Shown here one piece after another: positions 1 to 12,914 of a stretch of 64,000 nucleotides of DNA. The DNA comes from the human T2T-CHM13v2.0 reference genome, Homo sapiens: assembly GCF_009914755.1 (NCBI RefSeq), contig NC_060929.1. One strand, 5' to 3'. The notes under the pieces are model-generated. The model was not told where the DNA came from, ran no database searches, and saw only the letters and a list, made by a program, of their open reading frames with translations. The stretch's first letter is position 1. Each line of letters starts with the position of its first letter. The translations under genes and the position numbers were made by a program.

Positions 1-123
1 AAAAACATTTCCATTTTGTTTTCAGATTGAAAAAAGACGAGATTCCATGAGACTAGAAATGTAGGAGCATCTCAGACCTTCACAGAACGCTCTGTTAGAA
101 GATGAGAAACATAACGTTGCTTG

Positions 124-572
124 TGAGAGGTGAAGCCAGCTGGACTTCCTGGGTCGAGTGGGGACTTGGAGAACTTTTCTGTCTAGCTAAAGGATTATAA
201 GTGCACCAATCAGCACTCTGTAAAAACACACCAGTCAGCGCTCTGTGTCTAGCTAAAGGATTGTAAATGCACCAATCAGCACTCTGTAAAATGGACCAAT
301 CAGTACCCTGTAAAATGGACCAATCAGCAGGACGTGGGCAGGGACAAATAAGGGAATAACAGCTGGCGCCCCTAGCCAGCAGTGGCAACCCACTCGGATC
401 ACCTTCCATGCTGTGGAAGCTTTGTTATTTCACTTTTCACAATAAATCTTAGGGTTGCTTACTTTTTGGGTCCATGCCACCTTGAAGAGCTGTAACACTC
501 ACCACGAAGGTCTGAGGCTTCATTCTTGAAGTCAGACTAAGAACCCACCGGAAGGAACCAATTCCAGACACA
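124..572 (+). mobile_element. LTR12-family (LTR12F-like) solo LTR of ERV9
   Basis: Begins TGAGAGGTGAAGCCAGCTGGACTTCCTGGGTCGAGTGGGGACTTGG, has tandem CCAATCAGC units, AATAAA at 441-446, and ends CCAGACACA; flanks CTTG/CGTG resemble a 4-bp TSD. Confidence 0.9.
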
Positions 573-659
573 CGTGTAGTAGCAAATTATCAAAAATGTT
601 CATTGCCTTTTCTGAAAAACAATTTTCCCAGAAACACCTGGCAGAATCAGAGTTCATTG

Positions 660-1043
660 TGTCAAAAGAAAAACTTTGGACAAATTAAAATGAGCAAAGA
701 ACAATTTGTGAAATGTGCCCCTCTCCCAACCAGAACAGGTTCAAAGAGACTCCAGTGCTGCCACATGATCAAAGAATTATGGACAAAAAAAGCAAATAAA
801 TTACAGGAAAAGAAAATGAGGTACAGAAACAGCTGGATTGGTTACAGCTTGGTGTTTACCTTACTTGAACAAGGTTCGAACAGTTGGCTGCCTTTGATGG
901 GCTGCAACACAGTGATTGGTATAAGAGTAGGTTACAGCCTGTTTACACATGCAGTTAGGTTACAATTCACTGTGTGTTGAGAAACCTTTAGGCCAAACTT
1001 AAAATTTGTAAGGAGGCAGCTTTAGGCTTAACTTGATTTAAAA
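660..1043 (-). mobile_element. MER57-family ERV1 solo LTR
   Basis: Minus strand reads ...AAGTTAAGCCTAAAGCTGCCTCCTTACAAATTTTAAGTTTGGCCTAAAGGTTTCTC, matching the MER57 5' end; CCAAT boxes inside. Confidence 0.85.
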
Positions 1044-1675
1044 GTTATTAGATGTTCCATCAGTCGTTTCGCCAATAGGTAATAGGTTTTTTTGGTTTTG
1101 TTTTCTGTGCTATTAAAATAGTATATAAAACTTGTCATCATTGATTCTGATTTATCATGTTACAGTTCAGTCTCTAATTGAACTGAGCCTATTTTTTTCC
1201 GTAAAATCCAACCTATTCATCCATTTATACAGATTTTTTAAAATCTAAATATTTTATATCAAATTGCTAAAAATGTTTAGTCACATTCTTTTTCTATTGC
1301 TGCCCATATATTTTCTGCCATCATTTTCAGCTGCTAAATAGTATCTAGTCCTAGATATCTGGTTACCCATTATCAGGAACTCTTCGTGAAATGCTTTAGT
1401 GACCTTGTTTAAGTCAGTAATAAAGTTGAGATTTATAATCATATTCTATTACCAAAAAAAATACAGGTAATAGATTTTCAAATGTCAGCCCATGTCTACT
1501 CCTTTATTTCCCAGTGTGGCAGAATTTTTGAACAGTGAAAATATTTCTGTCTGAGGAAGTTTGGACTATGTGGTGTGAGATCCGTAGACATTGGACTAAT
1601 GTCATTAACATATTTTAATATTTAAATTTCTTATTAAAAAATAGATAATGCAGTAGTTACTTTTTGAAGGACGAC

Positions 1676-2639
1676 CGAAGCAGGATATTTCCCTGACCCC
1701 TTCATGGGACCCACGTCAGAGGTGTTTACTCAGCCTGCTGCCCACAACTCCTCACAGGAGGGAGCGCACAAGTGAACGAGGGTGAGGACTGGAGAGCACC
1801 AGCACTGGAACAACCCGGCCACTTCGGCGCTACTGGGATCAAACTCCATCACTTGGACACACTGTGTTCCACCCCTCGTGGGAGGGAGCATGCAGGTGAG
1901 AGGATGCAGGAGTCAGGGTGAGCACTTTTGGGCTCCAGCAGGAGCAAACTCTGTGCAGGGCCCTGCAGCAGTGACTGAGGGGCGGCCTGTGACTCCCAAA
2001 GCCCCAGAGGACATGCTACAGTGCTCTTTTAGCTCTACCATCCGTAGGTGGCTTAAGTGTAAACAGCTCAGTGGGCCCTTTGCCTTTTTGCGTGAGGCAG
2101 CTGCCCTAGGCAAGAGTAAAGGGCCAGTGTCACAGCCTTCTGTATCTGCACTCATGACTCCTGAGCTCTTGTCCTGCATTCAGGGAAAATGAGGTTACAC
2201 AAAAGAATTCACAGATGGTAAATGCGGGGTATTTTATTCCCAGTGAAAGTGGCTCTCAGCAGGAAGGAGAGCAGAAAAGGGGATGGGCTGGGTAGGTAAC
2301 CTTCCCCTGAAGTCCTGCCATCTCTGGCTGGATTTTTCTCCAAAGTTACACCATCAAAATGTCCCTCTGAAATCAAGCCACTTCTCTCTGACATCCAGCC
2401 GTAGTCCCTCACGTCCAGTTGCTTCTCCTCTCTGCTGGCTGAGTCTGTGGTCTTTATAGCACAGGATGGCGGGCAGGGTGGGCCATGGGTAATTTAGGAA
2501 AAAGCAACATTTGAGCAGACAAAAGGGAGAGAAGTTCTGTACTTTGGGCTGCGGTTTCAGGCTTTTTGGCTTGAGGGTGGGGTTTTGTCAGGGACCCTCC
2601 CTTTTCTGCCTAAAATTTCTCTGCCTCCTGCCTCTATCA
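1676..2639 (-). mobile_element. MER52-family ERV1 LTR (probably internally deleted)
   Basis: Minus strand starts TGATAGAGGCAGGAGGCAGAGAAATTTTAGGCAGAAAAGGG and ends GGGGTCAGGGAAATATCCTGCTTCG; GC-richer than its flanks. Confidence 0.8.
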
Positions 2640-3222
2640 CTGTATCACTAGTTTGAAGTAAACCCATCTGGAATTACTGATTTTAACAAATCACACAGAA
2701 TTTCAAGCACCTTTCTATGCAAATGACTTGTGAAGACATAGAGTATAGTATGCCGTTAACAAACAGCCCAGCAGTGTGCCTTGCACCTTGTAGGTGTACA
2801 AAATATTAAGTCAATTTTATAATTGAAGGAGGTAATTTTAAAATGCTACATCCATGTTGTGTAATTTTATTCATTGGTCATTTTAAATAAAAACAAAAGC
2901 CAGAATAAACCATATATATTGTACTTGTTAGTTTATTCAAGGAAATTTAGGTCAAAAGAAGCACACCTCCTTGTGGTTAGTTATTCCAACTGCAAATCAT
3001 TCACCTTAAAATGAAAGAACATGGCTATAGGAGCTTTTTGCAAATATGTTCTTCACTGATGATTTTCTAAAATGTATATATCAAATCCCCCAGTTTCAGA
3101 TGCCAGAGGAAAGCCAGATCTTGTAATTTCATTTCTGCAAAAATCTAAGATATGCACAACAAATGGATTTTAGAAACAGAAAAATATACCACACAGATGT
3201 TGAACAATGAAAACCAAAGCTC

Positions 3223-3519
<297 letters not shown>

Positions 3520-3957
3520 TAAGGAGCATATTGTGGGCTCTAGAAAGCTCCTAAAACTGCCTTTTCAGATGTGTTAAGAAGGAGAGCTGTGGAAAAAAGT
3601 CTGCAATATCTCACCAAAGGGAAGTTGGTGAAGCAGAAGTCTTCATTAAAATAGAAATAAGAACTGAGGCAGTGAAGGTAAGAAAGGGCCTGAGCCCAGA
3701 GTCCTTGGTGGATGGCCCAGGTAAGGTTCTTCTAGTCTTAACAGTGCTCGGTAAGGAAGCCACATCTACCTTTTATTAGCCTTTCAGCTCTGGCCGTAGA
3801 AATGATTGATGCCTGAGTATAGGGCAAGAGTATAAACTGAGCTACATCTCCTTAAAAGTAGCAGAATTCAGAGGTCCAAGTTGAACTAAGGATTGAGGAT
3901 TATCTGAATCTCAAGTTTATTCCTGGACTGAAAGAGAATATACCTGGTGATGTGATG

Positions 3958-4315
3958 TGTTATGAACTGCATGTCTGTGTCCCCCCAAAATGCATAGGTT
4001 AAAATCCTAACCCCCAAGCTGATGGTATTTGAAGGTGGGCATTTTGAGGTAATTAGGTCATGAGGGTGGAGCCCTTATGAATGGGATTAATGCCCTTATA
4101 AACGCGACTCCAGAGAGCCTGCTTACACTCTCTTCTATTTGAGAATACTGCAAGAAAGTTGTCCATTGGCAACTCGGAAGAACCCTCACTAGAACCCAAC
4201 CATACTGGCACCCTCATCTCAGACTTCCAGTCTCCAGAACTGTGAGAAATAAATTTATGTTGTTTATAAGCCAACCAATCTATAGTACTTTGTAATGGCA
4301 GCCCAAACTAAGACA
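3958..4315 (+). mobile_element. MLT1A0-like MaLR solo LTR
   Basis: TGTTATGAACTG...GTGTCCCCCCAAAAT...GAGGGTGGAGCCC...CCAGAACTGTGAGAAATAAA...CAGCCCAAACTAAGACA. Confidence 0.85.
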
Positions 4316-4453
4316 CTAAGTAAACCCAGACTGAAGACCTTTAACAAAACTGCAAATGAGAAACAGCCCAGTTTGGCTAATGGAGGATGTCTTCCAAGTC
4401 TATTCTCACCCTACCCCATGCCCTTGGGCTACAGATAACTCTTCACTGCACTT

Positions 4454-4670
4454 CAGGGGTCAGCACAATTTTTTGTAAAAGGCCAGACTGTAAATATTTA
4501 GACTTCCCAAGCCGTGTGATCTCTGTCACAACTACTGAGCTCTGCTATTGCACATGAAAGCAGCCAGAGGCAAAGAGCAAAAGAGTGAGTGTAGCTCTGC
4601 TTCAGTGAAATTATTTGCAAAAAGAGGAGATGGGCCAATTTGTCCCACAGGCCATATTTGCTGACCATTG
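4454..4670 (+). mobile_element. MER58A (hAT-Charlie MITE)
   Basis: Terminal inverted repeats CAGGGGTCAGCA / TGCTGACCATTG; internal AAAGGCCAGACTGTAAATATTT. Confidence 0.85.
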
Positions 4671-4799
4671 CAGTGTAGTTCATAAAGTAAGGAAAAGAGA
4701 AAAGAAGTAAGGGAGAATTCAGCCACATTACCAGCAGGATAACTAGGTTTGGACAAATAAGTTTCAGTAAAATGAGAAACAAACAGGAAAAACATAAAC

Positions 4800-6040
4800 C
4801 AGTTTAAGGAGGGAAAATATATATTTCAGCCCAAAATAAATAAAGCTAATATGAAAAAGGTAGTGTGCAAATAATAGACCAAAGGATATGTTCTAGTGGA
4901 AAGCAAACCTCCTCCCAAAGGGAAAATTCCCTAGTGTACTTCACACCCCAAGAGTTTACAAGGACACTAATTTGTATAAGAAGACTTTGAGGATAAGATA
5001 AAATCATAACATAGAAATAAAAAGTTATAAGAAAGTATTAAGGACTAATATGATAACAATTACAGAAGAAAGCAATAAATAAATGAGAAAGAGGAAAAAA
5101 ATGCCACCACTGGTAGAGACTCATTATTGCTTGAGAACAGCACTGTCCCGAAGAACTTTCTGCAGTGATCGTGATGTTCTGTAACTGTGCTGTTCAATAC
5201 AGTATCCACAAGTGCCTACTGAACACTTAAAGTGTGGTTAGTGGAGTCAAGGAATTGAATTTTAAACTTTATAATTTATTTAATGAATTTAAATTCAAAT
5301 AGCCACACTTGGCTAGCAGCTATTGATTCAACTGCAGTTCTGGAGGAAACACTGGAGTCAATTTCAATGAACACAGAAAAAAAGAAAATAGGTTAAACAA
5401 ATACAGATAACATGATAAAGGGAGAATAGATACAAAACCCACAGAATATAAAGTTAACCTGTGTCCCTGAGTAAGAATAAGCAAATGGAATATGACATAC
5501 ATTTTAGGTTATAATAGAAGACAACTTTCTTAAATAAAGGAGGAATTTACATTACAGATTCAAAGGACAGTGTATTCCGGTAAAATTTAGAAACCTAATG
5601 AAATATTTCCTGGTCTTTATTGGATTTTAAGAATAAAATGTCTTCAGGTATCTGGGAAGAATATAAAAAGTTACACCTGAATGAAAATTGAGCTACTTTG
5701 TGATTTCTTCACAGTCACATTTATTATCAAAAGGCACAGAACATTGTCTGCAAAATGCTGAGGGAAAGAAACTGAGCCTAAAATGTCTTACATTCAGACA
5801 TATTATCATTAAGCTATAAAGACAGCAGGCAAATATGAAATAATTTGGGAAATACAGTACACATAGGACTATCTTATGAAACCTTCCATATAATAAAATC
5901 TAATCAAACAGGAATTGAAGTGAAAGCCATTGTAAAAAAGACCAATGGCAAACCGAACTATTTAAATATACAACCAAGTTTAAATAAACATGGAAATTAT
6001 GGTTATAGAATATAAATGCATTTTAACTTAAGAGGTGAAT
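4800..6040 (+). mobile_element. HAL1 / ancient L1 ORF1-like fragment, interrupted by MER3
   Basis: A-rich, with degenerate ORF1-like segments (GATTTCTTCACAG..., GCTGAGGGAAAGAAA..., GGGAAATACAGTACACAT); boundaries approximate. Confidence 0.55.
5138..5337 (+). mobile_element. MER3 (hAT-Charlie MITE)
   Basis: CAGCACTGTCC..AGAACTTTCTGCAGTGAT...AAATAGCCACACTTGGCTAG, matching the MER3 layout. Confidence 0.85.
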
Positions 6041-6061
6041 ATTACAGTATGCTGAATTACC

Positions 6062-6225
6062 TTAGGCCTGGTTCCCCAGAAGTACCACCTGAAATGCGAA
6101 AACAAAGTCATTTATTAAGGAAATGCTCCCCAGAAATACTGGCAAGGAAGCGGGAAAGGTAAGTAGGGAAAGGGGAGAAAGCAAACAAGGATACAAAGGT
6201 GCAATTTCAGGCAAAACTCCAGCAG
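6062..6225 (-). mobile_element. ERVL LTR fragment (LTR33/LTR16-like)
   Basis: GGTTCCCCAGAAG...TTTATTAAGG...CCCAGAAATACTGG...GGGAAAGGGGAGAAAGC resembles the reverse of the LTR33/16 3' end. Confidence 0.5.
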
Positions 6226-6391
6226 AGCAGAGATGAGGATTTCTGATTAAACACAGCAGGTTGAGCACCTGTTTACCTCTTCTCCCTCTGAAAAATGATG
6301 TTAAAAGGCATAAACCCACAAGGATGAGGAGGCCAGGAGAGAAAACAATAGAAAAATGTTGGAAGCTAGATAGTAGATGGGACAATGCCAG

Positions 6392-7306
6392 TTCTGGTCA
6401 TGATGGAGTAGCTGGATTCATGCTTACCTTTTCACAAAAACTGTAAGAAGTGAAAAGATGTATTAAACAACTGTCTTTGATGCAGGATTTTGGCTCCTTT
6501 GCTCAGCTAGGTCCAGGTTCTTGTTTCATGACCAGGAAGAATTAGGCACACAGACATCAAAGAGTGAGGGGAGTTGAATTTATGAAGCAAAAGGAAAGCT
6601 CTCAGCAAAAAGAGGGGATGTAGGGGTTGGTTCTCCTACCTGAAGACAGGAAATTTCCCCAATATGGCTGAGCTTGGGGCTTTTTATGGGCTCAGAATAG
6701 GGAGTGTGCGCTGATTGGTTTGTGAGTATCCAAAAAAGGTCAAAGTGAAGACGCCACTCAAATATGGGCGTGACAGTGTAGAAAACTAATTAGGAAAGGG
6801 TAGATATGTGTAAAATAGGTGTAGAATGGGGAACAATCAGAGGAAAGTGCGCCAAATGGGAAGGTGGGTTCTCAATCCAGTTGGAGGATATCCCTAGGAC
6901 AGTTTCCAGCTTGAAGGTCAGGTTTCACTGGGGACCCACCCCAACTGCCTAGGCATTATCTGCCTTCTGCCACTATCATCGGCAAGCACCTGATAGCAAG
7001 GGTTAAAGTTCCTGAGAGAAGGAAAACACACATGGCAAATCTCATATTCATTTTAGCTTTTTTCTTTAAGGACATTTTCTAAACGCTTGCACAGGGAAAT
7101 CAAGCTAGGGAAAACAGCAGGTAGATTGAAAACAAATTAATGGAGATACATGGTGTAAACACTAACCAAAAAAGCCAATATGACTATATTCACATGGAAC
7201 AAAATAGATTTTAAGGCAAGATGTAGTATTAGAGAGAAAGCATGATATTATTAATACATAATAATAAAAGGCCCCATTCAAGCAAAAGACATAACAATCC
7301 TAAATT
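6392..7306 (+). mobile_element. Old L1M 5' UTR plus an ORF2-endonuclease fragment, interrupted by an LTR
   Basis: TCTGGTCATGATGGAGTA..., CCTGAGAGAAGGAAAAC, then AAACACTAACCAAAA...AAATAGATTTTAAGGCAAG...GACATAACAATCCTAAAT (EN-domain-like). Confidence 0.6.
6478..6978 (-). mobile_element. LTR27/LTR9-like ERV1 solo LTR
   Basis: Minus strand starts TGATAGTGGCAGAAGGCAGATAATGCCTAGGCAG and ends AAAATCCTGCATCA (TG...CA termini). Confidence 0.75.
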
Positions 7307-7932
7307 AACTCTTTTGGGATTTACTTGTATATCTTGTTAAGCAGGATCAAGCCAGTGTTAGTCTAGGGTTAATTTTACCCACTACTGTGGCAGAATTCTT
7401 CTGAGTACTCTACCCAACATCTTGTGAATTATGAGGTTTTTCCAGTCAGCTGCCAGGGACAGGCACTAATCCTGGACCTGTGAGTTCTATGGATTTTTTT
7501 TCCTTATTCTCTACCTTGGTTCTTTCTCTGGCCTTGGGTAGTTTCCTCACACATGTACTGATCAGGACTCAGCTGAATGCTTAAAGGAGCCCTCAGCATG
7601 TCTCCAGAGCTCCCCTCCTGTTCACATCCCTCCTCTCTGGTGGTTTAGCTTACTTGGCTTCCCCAGATTCTCATCTCCTTCTTCCTAATTCAAGGAAACC
7701 ACTGGTTTCTGCCTGGTTTCTCTCTTATTTGCAATCTGGAAATTCTCACCAAGCAGTGAGCTGTGCCAATTGTATTGTCTACCTCATCGGTTTTCCATCT
7801 CTCAGGAGTCACTGTTCTTCAGTCCCTGTTGGTCAGTGTCCTGCAAACTGCTGTTTCATGTATTTTGTCCAGTTTCTTAGTTGTTTAAACCAGAAGGGTA
7901 AATCTGGTCCATGTTACTCCATTGTGGCCAGA
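7307..7932 (-). mobile_element. Old L1M (L1MC/MD-type) 5' UTR
   Basis: Minus strand starts TCTGGCCACAATGGAGTAACATGGACCAGATTTACCC...AAACAACTAAGAAACTGGACAAAATACATGAAACAG. Confidence 0.7.
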
Positions 7933-8283
7933 CAGGCTTTTTCTACAGCATTATATGAAATAAAAGCCAAAGAGATCATTCCAGTTTGTTTCTTAGGATC
8001 TAAGGGTCTGGATACCTGGATTTGTATGCATACTGACAGGTTAGTGGCTGAGAATTTAGGGTCAATTTTTCTAGGTATATATCTTCAGTTGACTCCTATA
8101 TTTTGCTCTGCATTCTCACACCCACACACCTTTGTGCTTTATCTCACACTCCAGGTTTCGGAGGCATAACCAGAGCCTTCTCAGTTGTAGCCCTTTGTTT
8201 AAACACTCTAGACTGTGTTCCAGCTCCCTCCATCCCATTCCTCCAGCTGCTTTTCCTCTTCCAGGTATCCACTGAAATCTCAT

Positions 8284-8319
<36 letters not shown>

Positions 8320-8348
8320 CATATATATATATGTATCTCTTCTCTCTC
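8284..8348. repeat. (CT)n/(AT)n compound microsatellite
   Basis: Directly visible dinucleotide runs. Confidence 0.95.
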
Positions 8349-9470
8349 ATTGTGGATATGTCCTGTTGAAGTTTCTTCAATTTTATTTAAATAAGCATGT
8401 GGTCAGTCTGCTATATGGCCCATAAAACCCCACCTTTACATTTTTAATGCTAGTCAATTCTCCTAGCACCTTATCTATTTATTTTCACTCAGGGAATCAA
8501 TCAAATTATTAAGTAGAGTGCTAAACAAAGCAAAGCAACCTAATACTTATTTAACATTATCCAAGTCCAGCCATCATCACATTTCACTTAGCTTCAGGAA
8601 TCCATTTTAACATTAAGTTCTTATCACAAAAATTAAATTACAGGGTTATTGCCTTTTATGTATATTTGAATTGCATGTACTAGAAGTCATCCAAATAAAA
8701 AACAGTAAAAGTTTAGTTTTGTATAACATTTTGAACAATGGTAACTAAAATGAAAATAAATTCATTAAAATCAACAAAATTATCAAAATCAATTAAAAAT
8801 TAATAAGAAATTGCTACTTTTAAAACGTGCTGTCTGAATACATGCTATTTTTGTTCTTGCCACATGGTGATACTACTTTAGCTAATAAATTACAAATACT
8901 ATCCTTCAACAGTATGTCTTAAATTATGCATCCTTTGAATACTACTAAGTCTTCAGAAGTGAATTCCTAGCATGAACTGTGATCACCAAGTTTATAGACC
9001 TAACCAATTCCGTAGTTAACTGAATTATTGAATAGTCAGGGCTCAACTACCAAGGTTTCCAGGGATTCCTCACTGTAGAGAAGAGAAGCTGTTGTTTCCT
9101 AAAAGTGTTTGCTTTCAGCTTTCAGAGATGTCCTTAATGCAAAGGCTAGGGAGGTCAAACTTACAAAGATCTGCTCACACAAACATATGAGTCCAAGTTA
9201 GCTAAGAGCACTCACACTGTCTGAATCTAAATGCTGAGAGATAAAAATGTGCCCCAATCAGTAATCAAAGATTATTAGAAAAATATTGTAAAATATTAGG
9301 GAAGATGGAGATCTCGTCCCCTGATTCATCAGGTAAGGTTATCAGGGATAATCAGTGAACACAATTTAATTTCATATATGAAATATTTGTTTAGTTTGTC
9401 CCCCCTGCCCCCAGCCCCTGGCTATTAAATCCTTAAACATCAAGGACCCTTTCTGGCCATAAGAAAAGCT

Positions 9471-9682
9471 AGCCCAACCTGAGCAACACAGTGAGACCCC
9501 CATCTCTACCAAAAATTTTAAAAAGTAATCAGGCTTGGTAGTGCACACCTACAGTCCTAGCTACTCGAGAGGCTGAGGCAGGAGGATGGCTTGAGTCTAG
9601 AAGTTTGAGGCTACAGTGAGCATTGACACTGCACTCTAGCCTGGGCAACAGAATGAGACTCTGTCACACACACAAAAATAAA
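9471..9682 (+). mobile_element. 5'-truncated AluJ
   Basis: End of left arm, A-rich linker and right arm with J-type GGAGGATGGCTTGAG...GAGGCTACAGTGAGC. Confidence 0.9.
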
Positions 9683-9726
9683 GGCTGAAGGAAGAAAAAG
9701 ACAAACAAACAAAAAAGTAAAGCTAG

Positions 9727-9935
9727 CAGTTTTTGAGAGCCTTCTTGGATTAAGTATTATGCTCTGTGCTTCTCATTGTTTTTTATGCCATTTAATTCTT
9801 ACAACAACCCTGTGAGGTAAATACAATCATTCTTATTTGACAGATATGGGAGTCTCAGATACCTAGGGCCATTCATGTAACAACAAACAGAACCAGCGTT
9901 TGAATTGGATTGTTTGTACCCCAAATCCCACACTT
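9727..9935 (-). mobile_element. MIR
   Basis: TTTAATTCTTACAACAACCCTGTGAGGTA...TTTGACAGAT core. Confidence 0.7.
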
Positions 9936-10160
9936 GTCCTTCATCTCAGGATGCTTCATGTCTCCCTTGAATATGTGCCCCTATGCCTTCTACGTTACAC
10001 ATTTCTCTGTCTGAATCAGCATCTCACCCTTAATTATACCTGACAATTATCTGCTGGAGATAACCTATATATTCCTTGATTATTTATAATTGTTTAAAAC
10101 TAATGATTAAAGGGCCTCATGTCACTATTATGGCCGAGTTCCCTAATAAATATGCACTGG

Positions 10161-10474
10161 TTTGTTTTCTGTTTGTTTGTTTTTTGGAGACAAGGTCTTG
10201 CTGTGTCACCCAGGCTGAAATGTAGTGGTGTGATTATGGATCACTGAAGCCTCAACCTCCTGGGCTCAAGCCATCCTCCTGCCTCAGCCTTGCAAGTAGC
10301 TGGGACCACAGATGCACACCACCACACCTGGCTAATGTTTTTTATTTTTACTTTTGTAGAGATAAGGTCTCCCTATGTTGCCCAGGCTGGTCCCAAACTC
10401 CTGAGCTCAAGCAATCCTCCTGCCTCAGCCTCCTAAGGTGTTGGGATTATAGGCATGCATCACCTTGTCTGGCC
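10161..10474 (-). mobile_element. AluJ
   Basis: CTCCTGGGCTCAAGCCATCCTCCTGCC (J diagnostics); degenerate TSD AATATGCACT/AATGTGCACT. Confidence 0.95.
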
Positions 10475-10659
10475 TAATGTGCACTTTGAATGGCCCTTTG
10501 AAGGTCCTGATGGTTTACTTGAAAGAATAATTTCGGGGGAAGATACAGACCAATGCTGCAAGGACTATGTTAAAATCTTCATGACCATCTCAGAAATAAA
10601 AGAGGAGCAATGGCAGTGATTAGTTCATTCAGAGGCACTGGCCATTAGACTAAATAGAA

Positions 10660-10860
10660 AGGCTTTAGAATGTCAGATTGGAAGGGACCATGAAGATTAT
10701 TGAGCCCAAATAACTAACTGAACTTGAACACATTCTGTCAATTGCCTACTAAGCAGTTAAACATCCTATCTTTGAATAGCTTGAGTACCAGAAAATTCTA
10801 AGCCCAAGAATTACTTTCACTCTTAGACAAGTGTGACTGTTCTTTTTTATATACTCTCAT
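10660..10860 (-). mobile_element. L3/CR1 (or MIR-related) 3' fragment
   Basis: TTAGAATGTCAGATTGGAAGGGACCATGAAGATTATTGAGCCCAA, typical of the reversed CR1/MIR 3' end. Confidence 0.45.
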
Positions 10861-10897
10861 ATAGGAAAGGTGACTGGCCACTAAGAAGGTGGAGGTG

Positions 10898-11194
10898 AGC
10901 CGGGTGTGATGGCTGATACCTGTAATCTCAGCACTTTGGGAAGCTGAGGCGGGAAGATCGCTTGAGACCAGGAGTTTGAGACAAACCTGGGCAACATAAT
11001 GAAATCCTCATCTCTACAAAAAAAAAGCATGGGCATGTTGGAGCATGCCTGTAGTCCTAGCTGCTTGGGAGGCTGAGGCAGGAGGATTGCTTGAGCCCAG
11101 GAGTGCAAGACTGCAGTGAGCTATGGTCATGCCACAGCACTCTAGCCTGGATGACAGAGCAAGACCCTGTCTCAAAACAATCAATCAATAAAAA
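10898..11194 (+). mobile_element. AluJ
   Basis: Full dimer with GGAGGATTGCTTGAGCCCAGGAG; degenerate TSD around TGGAGGT. Confidence 0.95.
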
Positions 11195-11928
11195 TTGGAG
11201 GTAGGAAGGGTGGCTGACATTCCTGGAGGATTTCACATTTGGTCAGAACTGGTTCAGGTCTGGGTCAGAACCTATCCCCCGGGGAGGAGGCATCAAGAGA
11301 ACTTTTGGCAAGGCAGATGCTAGAGGAAAAAAATACAGATAGGGGACACCACAGTTTTAAAGCTTGTAAAAAGTACTTTTATTTGTATTTCTGTGTACTT
11401 ATCTAGTTCAACCTTTTGAAGTGAAATATAAATTAAAATTCTTAGACTAATTGAATCAGATGACAGCTGAAGATCTACTTAAGAAAAAAATGTCTTGAGA
11501 ATAAATCTGCAGTCATCACTGTGCTGCATGTTAACATCTTCTCCTAGACTCTGTGTATAAACAAAAGTATACAATTAATTTGAAGTCATCAAGAGTGTGT
11601 GGAAAAAAATACATCTATGATAGGTGTGCCACCATGCTGCTTGTGTAAGATTTTCTTTTCCAATATCTAAAATAATCATTTCCACAAGAGGGTGCTAGTT
11701 GATATCTTATTCTTAAAATAAATTGAATCTCATTTTGGAAATAAAAGGCTCTTGTTACATTTATATTTATGTAGTTACACCAAATATTTCAACATAATTC
11801 ATGTAGTATACTTGGGAAGATTACCTTCATTGTTACTGTCTCCCAAAGAAACAAAATTTTAGATCACAGAAAGTCACAGTTTTTAGTTGATATAAAAAAG
11901 AAATCTCTCAAGCATAATTCTAGTATTA

Positions 11929-12270
<342 letters not shown>

Positions 12271-12561
12271 TTAAAAATGCATTTTAGAAAAGTGAATTTA
12301 TGTCGTCAGTATTTTTACAATTTACTTAAATATTAAATTTGAGCAAGATTGCTTCGCTTTAAATGACACCACAAAAATGCCTTGATTTTCCTCTTTTTGT
12401 GGAAACATATCTAAGAGTAGAAGGCCTCAGCAACATCTTGCAGTGTTGCTAAATTCATATGTGTCTCAAATTTGGCATAGCCTGCAAAGTATCCTGTGTT
12501 ACTTTTGAGAAATGATCAATGAATCTCTGCTAGCATAATCCTAGCATAAACATCTTAGTCT

Positions 12562-12681
12562 CACACACACACACACATCTATACATATGTATGCATGTAC
12601 ATATATACACATACACACATCTATACATATATATCCATATACACGTATGCAGATATATATATATGCATATACACAAACACA
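12562..12681. repeat. (CA)/(TA) microsatellite
   Basis: Directly visible. Confidence 0.9.
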
Positions 12682-12914
12682 TCAGTGCTTAAGACAATTC
12701 ATATACTTAAGTCTCCTTCACCCTCCATCTCTCATACTAGGTTCTCCATTTGCTATTTACAAATAATAATAGGAGAAATGGCAGGATAATTTGCTTACTG
12801 CCTGGGATAACTATCAAATTGGCCACTTCTAGAAACTACAAGGAAAATCCTTCATAATTTAGCATGGTTTTCCACAGTATTGCTCTGTGTGCCCGGAGGA
12901 GAAAGTACTTAGCA

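Noticed and set aside
603-2412. ORFs of 67-136 aa (603-980, 1782-2192, 1913-2179, 2209-2412)
   Set aside because: They lie almost entirely within the MER57 and MER52 LTRs, several with non-ATG starts; no recognisable domain.
7654-8169. 171-aa ORF, the longest outside L1
   Set aside because: TTG start, half of it antisense to an L1 5' UTR, Cys/Ser/Leu-rich random composition and no known motif.
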